Assembly: GCA_043819075.1 (NCBI GenBank)
Contig: JBDRFE010000073.1
Span: 1-45,034, forward strand
DNA from: an archaeon
Lineage (GTDB): Archaea; Iainarchaeota; Iainarchaeia; Iainarchaeales; 1-14-0-10-31-34
Length of the DNA stretch: 45,034 nucleotides
Reading direction: 5' to 3'
The notes under the pieces were generated by a model. That model was not told the origin of the DNA. It ran no database searches and was given only the letters and a program-made list of their open reading frames with translations. The position numbers and the translations under genes were made by a program. Positions 36,586 through 45,034 of this stretch are shown here, piece after piece. Positions within the stretch are counted from its first letter, which is position 1. Every line of letters begins with the position of its first letter.

Positions 36586-36981
36586 TTATTCGTACTCACA
36601 CCATTCAGAGTAGTACTTATCAAAACTTCCGTCTTTAATACATTGTTCCTCATATCTGTCTCTACAAACGTAATTGCAATAACGTTGAGTCCCATCTTCA
36701 TTCTTTAATTTAATAAGTTCTTCTTTCTTAACAACTTCATTTGTTTCACAATCTTTTGTTACTCTGTGTAATACTGTTGCTTTGTGAATTTCGTTATCTT
36801 CTTCGTAATACTCTGGATAAGAATTAGGATTTGGATACCACACACAAGTTTGGTATTCTTGATCATCGGTTTTGTCATCATTTTTTTTGGGGTTTATCTG
36901 ATCTAAAGAGCTAATACACCCGTCAAAAATTAACACAGTAATTAAAATGCCCATTAAAAATAATGATATTAGAAATTTCAT
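36586..36981 (-). CDS. Putative Cys-rich lipoprotein
   Basis: ATG 36981 with TTTATAAA 22-29 nt upstream; MKFLISLFLMGILITVLIFDG|C lipobox-like leader; six further Cys. Confidence 0.7.
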   Translation of the reverse strand: MKFLISLFLMGILITVLIFDGCISSLDQINPKKNDDKTDDQEYQTCVWYPNPNSYPEYYEEDNEIHKATVLHRVTKDCETNEVVKKEELIKLKNEDGTQRYCNYVCRDRYEEQCIKDGSFDKYYSEWCEYE

Positions 36982-37086
36982 AAAAAGATAAAACATTACT
37001 TCTTTATAAATGTTTGGGCAGAGCTTTAGAAAACAATGCATATCTAAAAAAAAGAACTATTGATTAAAGTTTTAAAAAAAGCATAA

Positions 37087-37743
37087 TTATTTGCTTTCAG
37101 CCCATTTCATCATTTCTCTTAAACAGGAAATATTTTTTTCAATTAAATCAATTCTTTTCTGCAGCTCAGTTATTTTTGTTTCAGACATTTCCCGCCTGAA
37201 TTCCTGCAGATGGGAAGCATGTTTTGCAAGTCTTCTGTCTTTTTTATATACAACAGAGTTTTCAAAGGCTTCGATTAACTGCCTTCTGTATTCATCGTCT
37301 TTTAAAAAGGTTTCAATCATCCCCTTGTATTTTTTGTCTGCAACAAGTTCCACAGGCAGGTTAACCCTTTCAGCTGAATTACTGTATTCTTTGTCAGTTA
37401 ATTTTTTCATTAAATGCTGCCAGTAAACTGGCTCTGAAAACTTTTTCAGGAAAACTTTTGTCTTATAGTTTTTTGCGTCAAAATGCTTTTTCTTCCAGTC
37501 ATTTAGCTTTGATTCAAAAAGCCTTTTGCTTGAATTCAATTCATTTAACTGAAATAAAATCCTTTGCTTTGAAGGATAAATCAGCTTTGGCCAGGAACCG
37601 TTTGACAAAGGAATCATTGAAACAAATCCGCCGAAAGAAAAATAATCTTTTAATGCTGCAGCCCTCTGAGGGTTTTCCTCTAAATTCAGGGAAGGATTTG
37701 CTTCAGCAAATTTTTGAAAAGAAGAAATAATTCCTTTTTGCAT
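37087..37743 (-). CDS. Hypothetical helical/coiled-coil protein
   Basis: The real start is probably ATG 37743 (MQKGIISSF); the ORF-track extension to 38046 is antisense to 37796..38110. Confidence 0.75.
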   Translation of the reverse strand: MQKGIISSFQKFAEANPSLNLEENPQRAAALKDYFSFGGFVSMIPLSNGSWPKLIYPSKQRILFQLNELNSSKRLFESKLNDWKKKHFDAKNYKTKVFLKKFSEPVYWQHLMKKLTDKEYSNSAERVNLPVELVADKKYKGMIETFLKDDEYRRQLIEAFENSVVYKKDRRLAKHASHLQEFRREMSETKITELQKRIDLIEKNISCLREMMKWAESK

Positions 37744-37795
37744 ACAAAAACTAATCCAATCAAAATTAATAAACTTATTGGAAGAATGTTTTTTT

Positions 37796-38110
37796 ATGAA
37801 ACCAAAAATGCGATGGAGAACACACACAGGCCACACAATACAAATGATCACTAGAAACGGGCAAATAAAAACAACAAAAATAGAGCCAGTTGGTTTGCAG
37901 AACGCACACCCTGTCAAAAGAAGATTGCACGCTTCAGATGCAACACCAGAGCTTTTACTGAGATTAGAAACAACAGTTAAAGAATTAAGAACTTCTAAAA
38001 ATGGAAGAACCAAACAAGCTTTGTTAAAGTGCCTAAACCAAACCATGGATTATTTAGCGATTCCAGAAGAAATACGCACAAGAATTTACAGGATGTTGCC
38101 AAAAAACTAA
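37796..38110 (+). CDS. Small hypothetical basic protein
   Basis: ATG 37796 (MKPKMRWRTHTGH) with AATTAATAAA 23-32 nt upstream. Confidence 0.6.
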   Translation: MKPKMRWRTHTGHTIQMITRNGQIKTTKIEPVGLQNAHPVKRRLHASDATPELLLRLETTVKELRTSKNGRTKQALLKCLNQTMDYLAIPEEIRTRIYRMLPKN

Positions 38111-38157
38111 TCCTAATAGAATTAAAATTTAATTGAATATTATTAATAGGTGATTGA

Positions 38158-38499
38158 ATGTTTCCGGGAATGGGAAAAATGAATCCAAAACAAATGCAGG
38201 GAATGATGAAACAATTAGGAATAAAATCAGAGGACTTAAACGCAAAAAAAGTTGTCTTTGAATTAGAAGACGGAAGCAGGCTTGTAATAGAAAATCCTTC
38301 AGTTAATGTAATGAATGCCCAAGGGCAAAAAATTTATTCTGTTGTAGGCGAAGCAAAAGAAGAAAAAGGATTAAACGAAGAAGACTTGAAAATGGTAATG
38401 GAACAAACCAATGCTTCAAGAGAAAAAGCAGAAAAAGCGTTAAATGAATGCTCTGGGGACATTGCAGAAGCAATACTTAAACTCAAAAAAAGTGAATAA
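38158..38499 (+). CDS. nac: Nascent polypeptide-associated complex protein
   Basis: MNPKQMQGMMKQLGI and a UBA-like EDLKMVMEQT...GDIAEAILKL; GGTGA SD. Confidence 0.95.
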   Translation: MFPGMGKMNPKQMQGMMKQLGIKSEDLNAKKVVFELEDGSRLVIENPSVNVMNAQGQKIYSVVGEAKEEKGLNEEDLKMVMEQTNASREKAEKALNECSGDIAEAILKLKKSE

Positions 38500-38511
38500 A
38501 AAAAATAAAAT

Positions 38512-39864
38512 TTACTCTTCTGCTGCAGTAATTGAAAGAATCCTGTCTCTTGAAGTCTGCACTTGAACTGAAAGCAAAACTTCTTCTCCAACAGTTCTTG
38601 AAGGGCTTACAAAAACCTGTGTTTCAGTTTTTTCATCTGGCACAAAGGTTTTTCCTTCTTCATTGAAAAAAGAATCAAATAATACAACTGCCTGCTGCTG
38701 TACTTCTGTCCCGGAAAAATTCAGGCCTGCAAGCAATTCATTCAAAGCTGAAACTGTTTTAGATGAATCAGCTGAAATTAATTCAATTGAACCAAAAACC
38801 TGGGAACTTGATTCAACAACAGAAATATTTGAAGCGTTTTTATCTTCAAGAAATGATTTAACTTTTTCTTCTGCATTCAATGGATTACCTGAATTAATGT
38901 CTTCATTAAAATAAACCTGTGCAGAAAAGCCGTTTCCAACTGAAGAAACATTAACTGAATTAAAAACAGAAGGGTTTTCAAAGAAAAACTCGTTAAAATC
39001 CTGCTGCAACGAAGTATTTGCATCAAAGTATGCAACAAAATAGTTTTCAGACTTTAAAGAAGAAATATTGACATCAACTACTCCTTCAAGCCAAATAATT
39101 TTTTCTTTTAAGGAACTTCCTTCAACGTAATCAGAATACGTTACAGTTGAGCCAAAAATTATTCTCGGCAGCATTTCTTCTACTGTCTTATTCAAGTCAA
39201 ATGAAAGGAATTTTGGTTCTGAAGTAAGGTTTGTTGCTTCAGATGCAATTGAATTAACCATTGTTTTTCCGGTAAAATAAGCGTCAATTCTTACAAGAAG
39301 TTCGTCTCCTTTGATTGTTCCAGGCATTGCTGCAGCCAAAACAAGCGGGTCAGAGAACTCATAGTTTAAGTCAAAACCCTGTTCATTTGAAAAAGAAACG
39401 TTTTTGGGAACGCTTACAAGGACATTAGAGAAAGCAAAAGAGTCAAATAAAATTCCTTGAGTGGCAGTGGTTATTTCCGGCGTTATTTCTTCAGCTGTTT
39501 TTTGGTTTTCAAAAGAAATTTCTGCTGTATAAACAAGTGATGTGCCAAAAGAAGGGTTAGAGTACTGCCTGTACTTGGAATTAATCCTGTAAATGCCTTT
39601 TACTTCAGCGATTTTTTTGTCAATTATTGTGATGTCTGCTTGGTCTGTAAAGGCACTGAATAAAATGCTTGGAAGCACTTCAACTACTTTTGCAGGCACA
39701 TTTTCTGCTACCATTGCAAGAGTAGTTGAATCAGGCAAAGAAGAATCGTCTGGCGTGGTGTTTGCTGTGTTATCAGAGTTTCCGGTAAAATAAGTGGAAA
39801 ACCCCACAATAGAGCCCACCATTACAAAAATAATAAATAAGCCGAACCACTGGTTTTTATTCAT
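38512..39864 (-). CDS. N-terminally membrane-anchored hypothetical extracellular protein
   Basis: MNKNQWFGLFIIFVMVGSIVGF anchor and an acidic alpha/beta ectodomain with an internal near-duplication (VVEVLPSILF / VEEMLPRIIF). Confidence 0.8.
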   Translation of the reverse strand: MNKNQWFGLFIIFVMVGSIVGFSTYFTGNSDNTANTTPDDSSLPDSTTLAMVAENVPAKVVEVLPSILFSAFTDQADITIIDKKIAEVKGIYRINSKYRQYSNPSFGTSLVYTAEISFENQKTAEEITPEITTATQGILFDSFAFSNVLVSVPKNVSFSNEQGFDLNYEFSDPLVLAAAMPGTIKGDELLVRIDAYFTGKTMVNSIASEATNLTSEPKFLSFDLNKTVEEMLPRIIFGSTVTYSDYVEGSSLKEKIIWLEGVVDVNISSLKSENYFVAYFDANTSLQQDFNEFFFENPSVFNSVNVSSVGNGFSAQVYFNEDINSGNPLNAEEKVKSFLEDKNASNISVVESSSQVFGSIELISADSSKTVSALNELLAGLNFSGTEVQQQAVVLFDSFFNEEGKTFVPDEKTETQVFVSPSRTVGEEVLLSVQVQTSRDRILSITAAEE

Positions 39865-39980
39865 TAAAACACCTGAAAAAAGAACTGTGAAGAAAAGGTA
39901 TTAAAAAAACTGGGTTTAAGTAAATATTATTACTAAGTCAAAAAAAGACTGTTTTTATAATTTAATTAAAAGGTGATGTA

Positions 39981-40733
39981 ATGGAAAAAGGCGATATAGC
40001 AGTAATCAGTTACACTGCAACAGACAAGACAAGCAACACAGTGTTTGATTCAACTAAAGAAGAACAGGCAAAAAAAGCAGGAATCTTTGATGAAAAAACA
40101 AAGTACAGTCCAATAACAATTGTAATCGGAAACAATGAATTAATGAAAGCATTAGAAGAAGAAATAAAAAAAATGAAAGCAGGGGAAGAAAAAAAAATTC
40201 CTTTAACTGCAGAAAACGCTTTTGGAGAAAGAAAAAGCGAGTTAATCAAGGTTTTGCCGATGAAAGAATTCATTGCAAGAAACATAAGGCCTGTACCAGG
40301 GTTGGCAGTTGAATTAAACAATATGAGGGGAAGAATTCAAAGCGTTTCAGGCGGAAGAGTGAGAGTTGACTTCAACCACGAATTAGCCGGAAAAGAATTA
40401 GAATACGAAATCAGGCTGGAAAAAGTGATTACAGAAAAAAAAGAAAAGCTTGAAGCATTAAAAGAAAGGTTTTTTGGAAAAGAAGCAAAAGCCTCAGAAG
40501 AAAAAGATGCAATAGAAATTGTTTTTGACGGAATTGTTCCTCATCCGCAGATAAAAGCTGATTTCGTGCAGACTGTTTTCTCCGGCTTCAGCGAAGTAAA
40601 AAAAATCCGTTTCACTGAAGAAATACAGAGAAAAGAAGCAGAAAAGGAAAAAGAACCAGCAGAAGCAAAAACAGCAGTAAAAAAAGAAAAGCAGAAAAAA
40701 GCCAGTGGAAAAGAACAGGAAAGCACGGACTAA
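39981..40733 (+). CDS. Long-type FKBP peptidyl-prolyl isomerase (SlyD-like)
   Basis: VFDST, AENAFGER, SGGRVRVDFNHELAGKEL and a charged tail. Confidence 0.93.
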   Translation: MEKGDIAVISYTATDKTSNTVFDSTKEEQAKKAGIFDEKTKYSPITIVIGNNELMKALEEEIKKMKAGEEKKIPLTAENAFGERKSELIKVLPMKEFIARNIRPVPGLAVELNNMRGRIQSVSGGRVRVDFNHELAGKELEYEIRLEKVITEKKEKLEALKERFFGKEAKASEEKDAIEIVFDGIVPHPQIKADFVQTVFSGFSEVKKIRFTEEIQRKEAEKEKEPAEAKTAVKKEKQKKASGKEQESTD

Positions 40734-40794
40734 AAAAAGAATCAACAGATTTACAGAAAAAAAAGAAAAACAGGGAAACAAAGCCAGTGGAAAA
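40698..40794 (+). repeat. 15-bp direct repeat AAAGCCAGTGGAAAA
   Basis: Exact copies at 40698-40712 (inside the FKBP tail) and 40780-40794 (intergenic). Confidence 0.7.
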
Positions 40795-40844
40795 TGGTTA
40801 AACTTCAGCAAAACTTTTTAAGCAATTCAACGTAATCTTATTGA

Positions 40845-41837
40845 ATGATAAACAAATTCATTAACTTAACCAAAATCCATGGCTCGCCTGAAGGCGCTTT
40901 CTTGATGGGGTTTGCTTATGCTTTAATCGGAATACTTGTTGCATTCTTTTTGTTCCCAGGGTATATTGGAATTGTTTCGGTTTTTTTCACTTCAATGGCT
41001 TTAATGCCTTTGATAAGCAAGTTAACACAGGAACTGGCTTTAAGAGAGGGAAGGGAAAAAGAAATCACAGAAAAAGGGGTTACTTTAACTGAACTGAATT
41101 TAAGGGGAAAAAAGTTTTCAGTTAAAGGATTGTGGTTGGACCACAAGCAGTTGATTCAGGTTTACTTTTACTCTTTTTTCGGGATATTCCTTTTGTTCAG
41201 CTTATTCATTTTTATTTTGCCGCAGGAAAACGGGGACTACAACGGCTTAATCCAGATTAAAACAGGAAACAACGAGCTTGTTTCAGATGAATACATTTTT
41301 AACGAACAATTCCAGGCATACCATAAAATGACAGGAAATGATGCTTCTGGAAGCGCAATAGGCAATGCATCAGAGCAATGCCTTTTCGGGGAATGCTATA
41401 AATTTGAATTCTTTATTTCAATAATAAAAAACAATTTATGGGTGCTGATTGTAACTTTTCTTGTTTCACTGATTTATGGTTTTGGCGCAATGTTTATTAT
41501 TACATGGAATGCTTCTGTTTGGGGAATAGTTTTTGCAAACCGTTCACTTGAATTAGCGCCGATTGCAGGAAAAAATCCAGTGGTTTTTTTCGGGTTACTG
41601 ATGTTAACTGTTTTGCCGCATACTGCTTTAGAGGCATTAACTTATTTTACTGCGGCAATTTCCGGTGGAATTGCATCAAAGGGAATGGAAAAAGAAGACT
41701 TTGAATCTGAAAGGCTTGAAAGGGTTTTAACTCATTCACTGATTTTAATGGGGGTATCGCTTTTCCTGCTTGTGCTGGCGGCTTTCATGGAAACATATGT
41801 AATAAGCATAATCAATGACATGATTCAGGTGTTCTGA
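40845..41837 (+). CDS. SpoIIM/DUF95-family integral membrane protein
   Basis: IIKNNLWV, ITWNASVWG, LPHTALE...AAISGG and LAAFMET motifs. Confidence 0.85.
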   Translation: MINKFINLTKIHGSPEGAFLMGFAYALIGILVAFFLFPGYIGIVSVFFTSMALMPLISKLTQELALREGREKEITEKGVTLTELNLRGKKFSVKGLWLDHKQLIQVYFYSFFGIFLLFSLFIFILPQENGDYNGLIQIKTGNNELVSDEYIFNEQFQAYHKMTGNDASGSAIGNASEQCLFGECYKFEFFISIIKNNLWVLIVTFLVSLIYGFGAMFIITWNASVWGIVFANRSLELAPIAGKNPVVFFGLLMLTVLPHTALEALTYFTAAISGGIASKGMEKEDFESERLERVLTHSLILMGVSLFLLVLAAFMETYVISIINDMIQVF

Positions 41838-41945
41838 AAAATTTTTTAAAGCCTTTTTTTAATGTTTTCTTGTTTTGCTTAAGTTTTTAAATTGTTATTA
41901 ATTCATTAGGTATAGGCACACCTTAACTACTTTTATGGTGATTTT

Positions 41946-42575
41946 TTGGATTTAAATTCAAAGGAACTTAAAACTGGCACAACTACAGTGGGAATAGTCA
42001 CAAAAGACTCTGTTGTATTGGCAGCGGATATGAGGGCTTCAATGGGGCACTTAGCTTACGACGAAGAAGTAAACAAGATTTACAAAATAACAGATAATGT
42101 GGCTTTAACTATTGCAGGCTCTGTAGGGGATGCATTAACTTTAGTAAGGTTTTTGAGAAGCCATGCAAAATTATTTGAGATTGAAAGAGAAACAAAAATA
42201 ACTCCAAAAGCAATTGCAACATATATTTCAAACATTCTTAATTCAAACAGGTTTTACCCGTTTTTTGTGCAATTCATTATAGGCGGAGTTAATACAAAGC
42301 CAGAAATGTTTGATGTTGACCCTTCTGGAGGGCTGCTTGAAAGAAAAAAGTTTGCAGTAACAGGCTCTGGAACTGAATTGGCAATGGCAATATTAGATCA
42401 GGGTTATTCTGATGGAATGACAACAGAAGAAGGAATAAAGCTTGCAATAAAATCAGTTAATGCATCAAAGAAAAGAGATATTTTTTCAGGCGGGGTTTCA
42501 GTTAAAGTAATGGTAATAGACAAGAATGGCTCAAAAGAATTAAACGAAAACGAAGTACAAAAATACGGCAACTAA
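41946..42575 (+). CDS. psmB: Proteasome beta subunit
   Basis: Propeptide ending KTG|TTTVG, AGSVGDA, TGSG, RDIFSG; TTG start with a GGTGA SD. Confidence 0.96.
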   Translation: MDLNSKELKTGTTTVGIVTKDSVVLAADMRASMGHLAYDEEVNKIYKITDNVALTIAGSVGDALTLVRFLRSHAKLFEIERETKITPKAIATYISNILNSNRFYPFFVQFIIGGVNTKPEMFDVDPSGGLLERKKFAVTGSGTELAMAILDQGYSDGMTTEEGIKLAIKSVNASKKRDIFSGGVSVKVMVIDKNGSKELNENEVQKYGN

Positions 42576-42660
42576 AATCAGCCAAAAAAAACAAGAAATT
42601 AATTGAATTTTTTCCTTAAATATAATTTTTTTTAACTGAATTTTAAAAGAGAGTGATGCA

Positions 42661-44547
42661 TTGGACATACAAAAAGAAGTCAAAGAAATAGTTCAGAAAA
42701 ACCTTCCACCAGAAACACAGGTTACAAGCATTGACATGGAAGGGCCAGAAGTAGCAATTTACACAAGAAACCCGAAAGCTTTCTTTGAAAACGAAAACTT
42801 TGTGGCAAAAATTGCATTTGAATTAAAGAAAAGAGTAAACATCAGAACCGATAAAAGTTTGCTTTCAGATGAAGAGTTTGCAAGAAAAACAATAAGAGAA
42901 ATAGTGCCTGAAACAGCTGTAATAAAAGAAATTTATTTTAACCCTGCATTCAGCCAAGTAGTAATTGAATCAATCAAGCCAGGATTGGTAATAGGAAAAG
43001 GCGGGGAAACCTCAAAAGAAATAATTTTAAAGACAGGCTGGACTCCTGAAATTTTAAGAAGCCCTACATCTGACTCTGAAATACTCAAAGGAATAAGGCA
43101 TCACTTGCATAAATACAGTGCTGAAAGAAAAAAAATACTGCAGGAAACTGCAAGAAAAATTTACGCTGAAATAGGAAAAAACAACGGCTGGGTAAGATTA
43201 ACTGCTTTAGGGGGCTTCAGGGAAGTCGGAAAAAGCTGTATGATGCTTGAAACACCTGAAACAAAAGTTTTATTGGATGTAGGAGTTGATGTTGCAAACA
43301 ACGAACAGCCTTATCCATATCTTGAAGCAATAAGATTTCCGTTAGACCAATTAGATGGAGTGGTAATAAGCCACGCGCACTTAGACCACGCAGGGTTGCT
43401 TCCATTGCTATTTAAAATGGGTTATCGCGGACCAGTATACTGCACTAAGCCAACAAGAGATTTAATGGCCTTGCTTCAGTTTGATTACATTGATGTTTTG
43501 GTTAAAGAAGGAAAAGAGCCTCCTTACACTGAAAGAGATGTCAAAGAAATGCTCAAGTACTGTATTACAAGAGAGTACAGGGAAGTAACAGATATTGCAC
43601 CAGACATGAGAATAACATTCCATAACGCAGCACACATTTTAGGCAGTGCTTCAGTTCACTTTCATATAGGGCAAGGAGCACACAACTTAGTTTATTCCGG
43701 GGACATAAAATTTGCTTTCACAAGATTATTCAATAATGTTGACATAAATTATCCTAGATTAGAGACATTAATTATTGAATCAACTTACGGCGGAAAAGAT
43801 GATGTGCAGCAGGACAGGAATTTAGCTGAAGAATCTTTAATCAGGATTCTAAAAGAAACAATGCATAAAAACGGAAACACTTTGATTCCGGTTTTTTCTG
43901 TCGGAAGAGCACAAGAAATAATGCTTGTAATAGAAGAATACTACAGAAAAGGAATGTTAGACGGAAAAGTGTATATTGACGGAATGACAAAAGAAGCAAG
44001 CGCAATCCACACAGCTTATCCAGAGTATTTAAGAAAAGGAGTACAGAGAAGGGTCTTGCAGAATGATTCTCCTTTTACTTCAGATTTATTTCAGATTGCA
44101 AACGGAAAAGAAAGGGATAAAATATTAGAAGAAAAAGGCGCAATAATTATTGCTTCATCCGGAATGCTGACAGGCGGAGCTTCAGTTGAATACTTCCAAA
44201 AAATGGCTGAAAACCAGGACAACACACTGGTTTTTGTTGGATATCAAGGAGAAGGCTCTCTGGGAAACAGAATACAAAAAGGATTAAGAAAGACTCCGAT
44301 AACAGAAAACGGAAAAACAAGAGAGCTTCCGATTAGAATGAGAGTTGAAACAGTTGAAGGATTTTCAGGCCACTCTGACAGGAACCAATTAGTTAACTAC
44401 ATCAGAAGCCTTAACCCAAAACCAAAAAGAATTATAGTGAACCACGGGGAAAAAAACATTGCAATGGAGTTCTCTAAATACATTTCAGCCAAGTTCAGGA
44501 TAAACGCCACTGCAATAAGGGATTTGGATGCAGTAAGGCTGAAATAA
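42661..44547 (+). CDS. fttA: beta-CASP ribonuclease aCPSF1 / transcription termination factor FttA
   Basis: N-terminal KH domains (PGLVIGKGG), SHAHLDH, AAHILG, ESTYGG, GFSGHSD; conserved position after psmB. Confidence 0.96.
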   Translation: MDIQKEVKEIVQKNLPPETQVTSIDMEGPEVAIYTRNPKAFFENENFVAKIAFELKKRVNIRTDKSLLSDEEFARKTIREIVPETAVIKEIYFNPAFSQVVIESIKPGLVIGKGGETSKEIILKTGWTPEILRSPTSDSEILKGIRHHLHKYSAERKKILQETARKIYAEIGKNNGWVRLTALGGFREVGKSCMMLETPETKVLLDVGVDVANNEQPYPYLEAIRFPLDQLDGVVISHAHLDHAGLLPLLFKMGYRGPVYCTKPTRDLMALLQFDYIDVLVKEGKEPPYTERDVKEMLKYCITREYREVTDIAPDMRITFHNAAHILGSASVHFHIGQGAHNLVYSGDIKFAFTRLFNNVDINYPRLETLIIESTYGGKDDVQQDRNLAEESLIRILKETMHKNGNTLIPVFSVGRAQEIMLVIEEYYRKGMLDGKVYIDGMTKEASAIHTAYPEYLRKGVQRRVLQNDSPFTSDLFQIANGKERDKILEEKGAIIIASSGMLTGGASVEYFQKMAENQDNTLVFVGYQGEGSLGNRIQKGLRKTPITENGKTRELPIRMRVETVEGFSGHSDRNQLVNYIRSLNPKPKRIIVNHGEKNIAMEFSKYISAKFRINATAIRDLDAVRLK

Positions 44548-44577
44548 GCAAGGTATACATAAAGATGAATTGAACTG

Positions 44578-44604
44578 AGGAAAAAATTGCTTTTTCCTTT
44601 TTTT
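44578..44604 (+). terminator. Hairpin plus oligo-T terminator after aCPSF1
   Basis: AGGAAAAA-attgc-TTTTTCCT followed by a T run. Confidence 0.45.
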
Positions 44605-44736
44605 TATCGGCTTCTTTTACATAATTTTTTGTTGTTTTTGTGAAAAAAAACAATAAATTTTTTCAGGAATTCAAACAAATTTTTTTTCAACCGAAAGGAA
44701 TATATAACTAAAACACTTTACTAGTTCTGGAGTAAA

Positions 44737-44853
44737 ATGAGCAAAGAAAAAATTCTTGAATTATGCAATGAACTAAAGAAAGGCCACAAGAAAAAAGACT
44801 GTGATTTTGCCTTATCCAAGAAAAGCCTTTTGCCAAAAAACAATGTCTGCTGA
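44737..44853 (+). CDS. Possible 38-aa small ORF
   Basis: MSKEKILELCNELKKGHKKKDCDFALSKKSLLPKNNVC, preceded by CGAAAGGAATATATAA and GGAG; no recognisable family. Confidence 0.3.
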   Translation: MSKEKILELCNELKKGHKKKDCDFALSKKSLLPKNNVC

Positions 44854-44854
44854 T

Positions 44855-45034
44855 TTAGCCGGAAAAATAATTTATTTTGTAAAGTCTTACCTTAGTGTTC
44901 TCAAAAACTTTATCAAAGGAATCTGATTCATCAAACTTTTTTAATTCAGTTGCAGGCATCAATAACTCGTTTGCAGGCTGAACCGCAACAGAAGACATTT
45001 CTTTCGTCAAAAGCAAGTAATTAATGTTTTGCTC
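44855..45034 (-). CDS. 3' end of a gene running in from the right edge; tail resembles the extracellular C-terminus of GT-C/AglB-like membrane proteins
   Basis: Open frame EQNINYLLL...FDKVFENTKVRLYKINYFSG*. Confidence 0.6.
   Translation of the reverse strand, partial: EQNINYLLLTKEMSSVAVQPANELLMPATELKKFDESDSFDKVFENTKVRLYKINYFSG

Noticed and set aside
37744-38046. N-terminal extension of the 37087..38046 ORF
   Set aside because: It is antisense to a plausible + strand gene and has shadow-like composition; ATG 37743 gives a non-overlapping start.
40701-40794. CCAGTGGAAA pair as ORB boxes
   Set aside because: They lack the 5' TT dyad and the G-string, one copy is coding (ASGK), and the repeat is explained by duplication of the FKBP tail.
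41946-44547. psmB-aCPSF1 adjacency as a novelty
   Set aside because: This is a well-known conserved archaeal gene pair.
1-45034. CRISPR arrays, tRNA/rRNA, IS elements, DGR or defence systems
   Set aside because: By eye I saw no spaced repeats, GC-rich structured RNA genes, or transposase, reverse transcriptase or defence nuclease motifs. Covariance-model searches were not run.

Overview
AT-rich archaeal chromosomal window from a DPANN-type archaeon. Iainarchaeota/Diapherotrites is my best inference, from PolD, carS, an archaeosortase and the style of the large surface proteins. Housekeeping genes: sppA, carS, secF-secD, a NOG1-type GTPase, UPF0147, PolD DP1/DP2, sepF, orc1/cdc6, hel308, NAC, FKBP, psmB and aCPSF1. 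DP2 carries a 484-aa LAGLIDADG intein that ends in Asp instead of Asn. The standout candidate for an undescribed system is the six-gene cluster at 1-6777, which reads like a donor-strand-complemented archaeal pilus. It has a multidomain tip adhesin ending in a pilin-like domain, a small Cys-rich major pilin, one paralogous membrane-anchored Ig-like chaperone candidate after each of these, and a membrane-anchored base protein whose mature N-terminus repeats the pilin's N-terminal strand (xV[EQ]xxxx[ML]TWV). A second surface operon (24174-33414) encodes two paralogous polyglycine-rich secreted proteins and a 2064-aa membrane-anchored beta-sandwich protein. I found no rRNA, tRNA, CRISPR array, transposase or convincing origin of replication.
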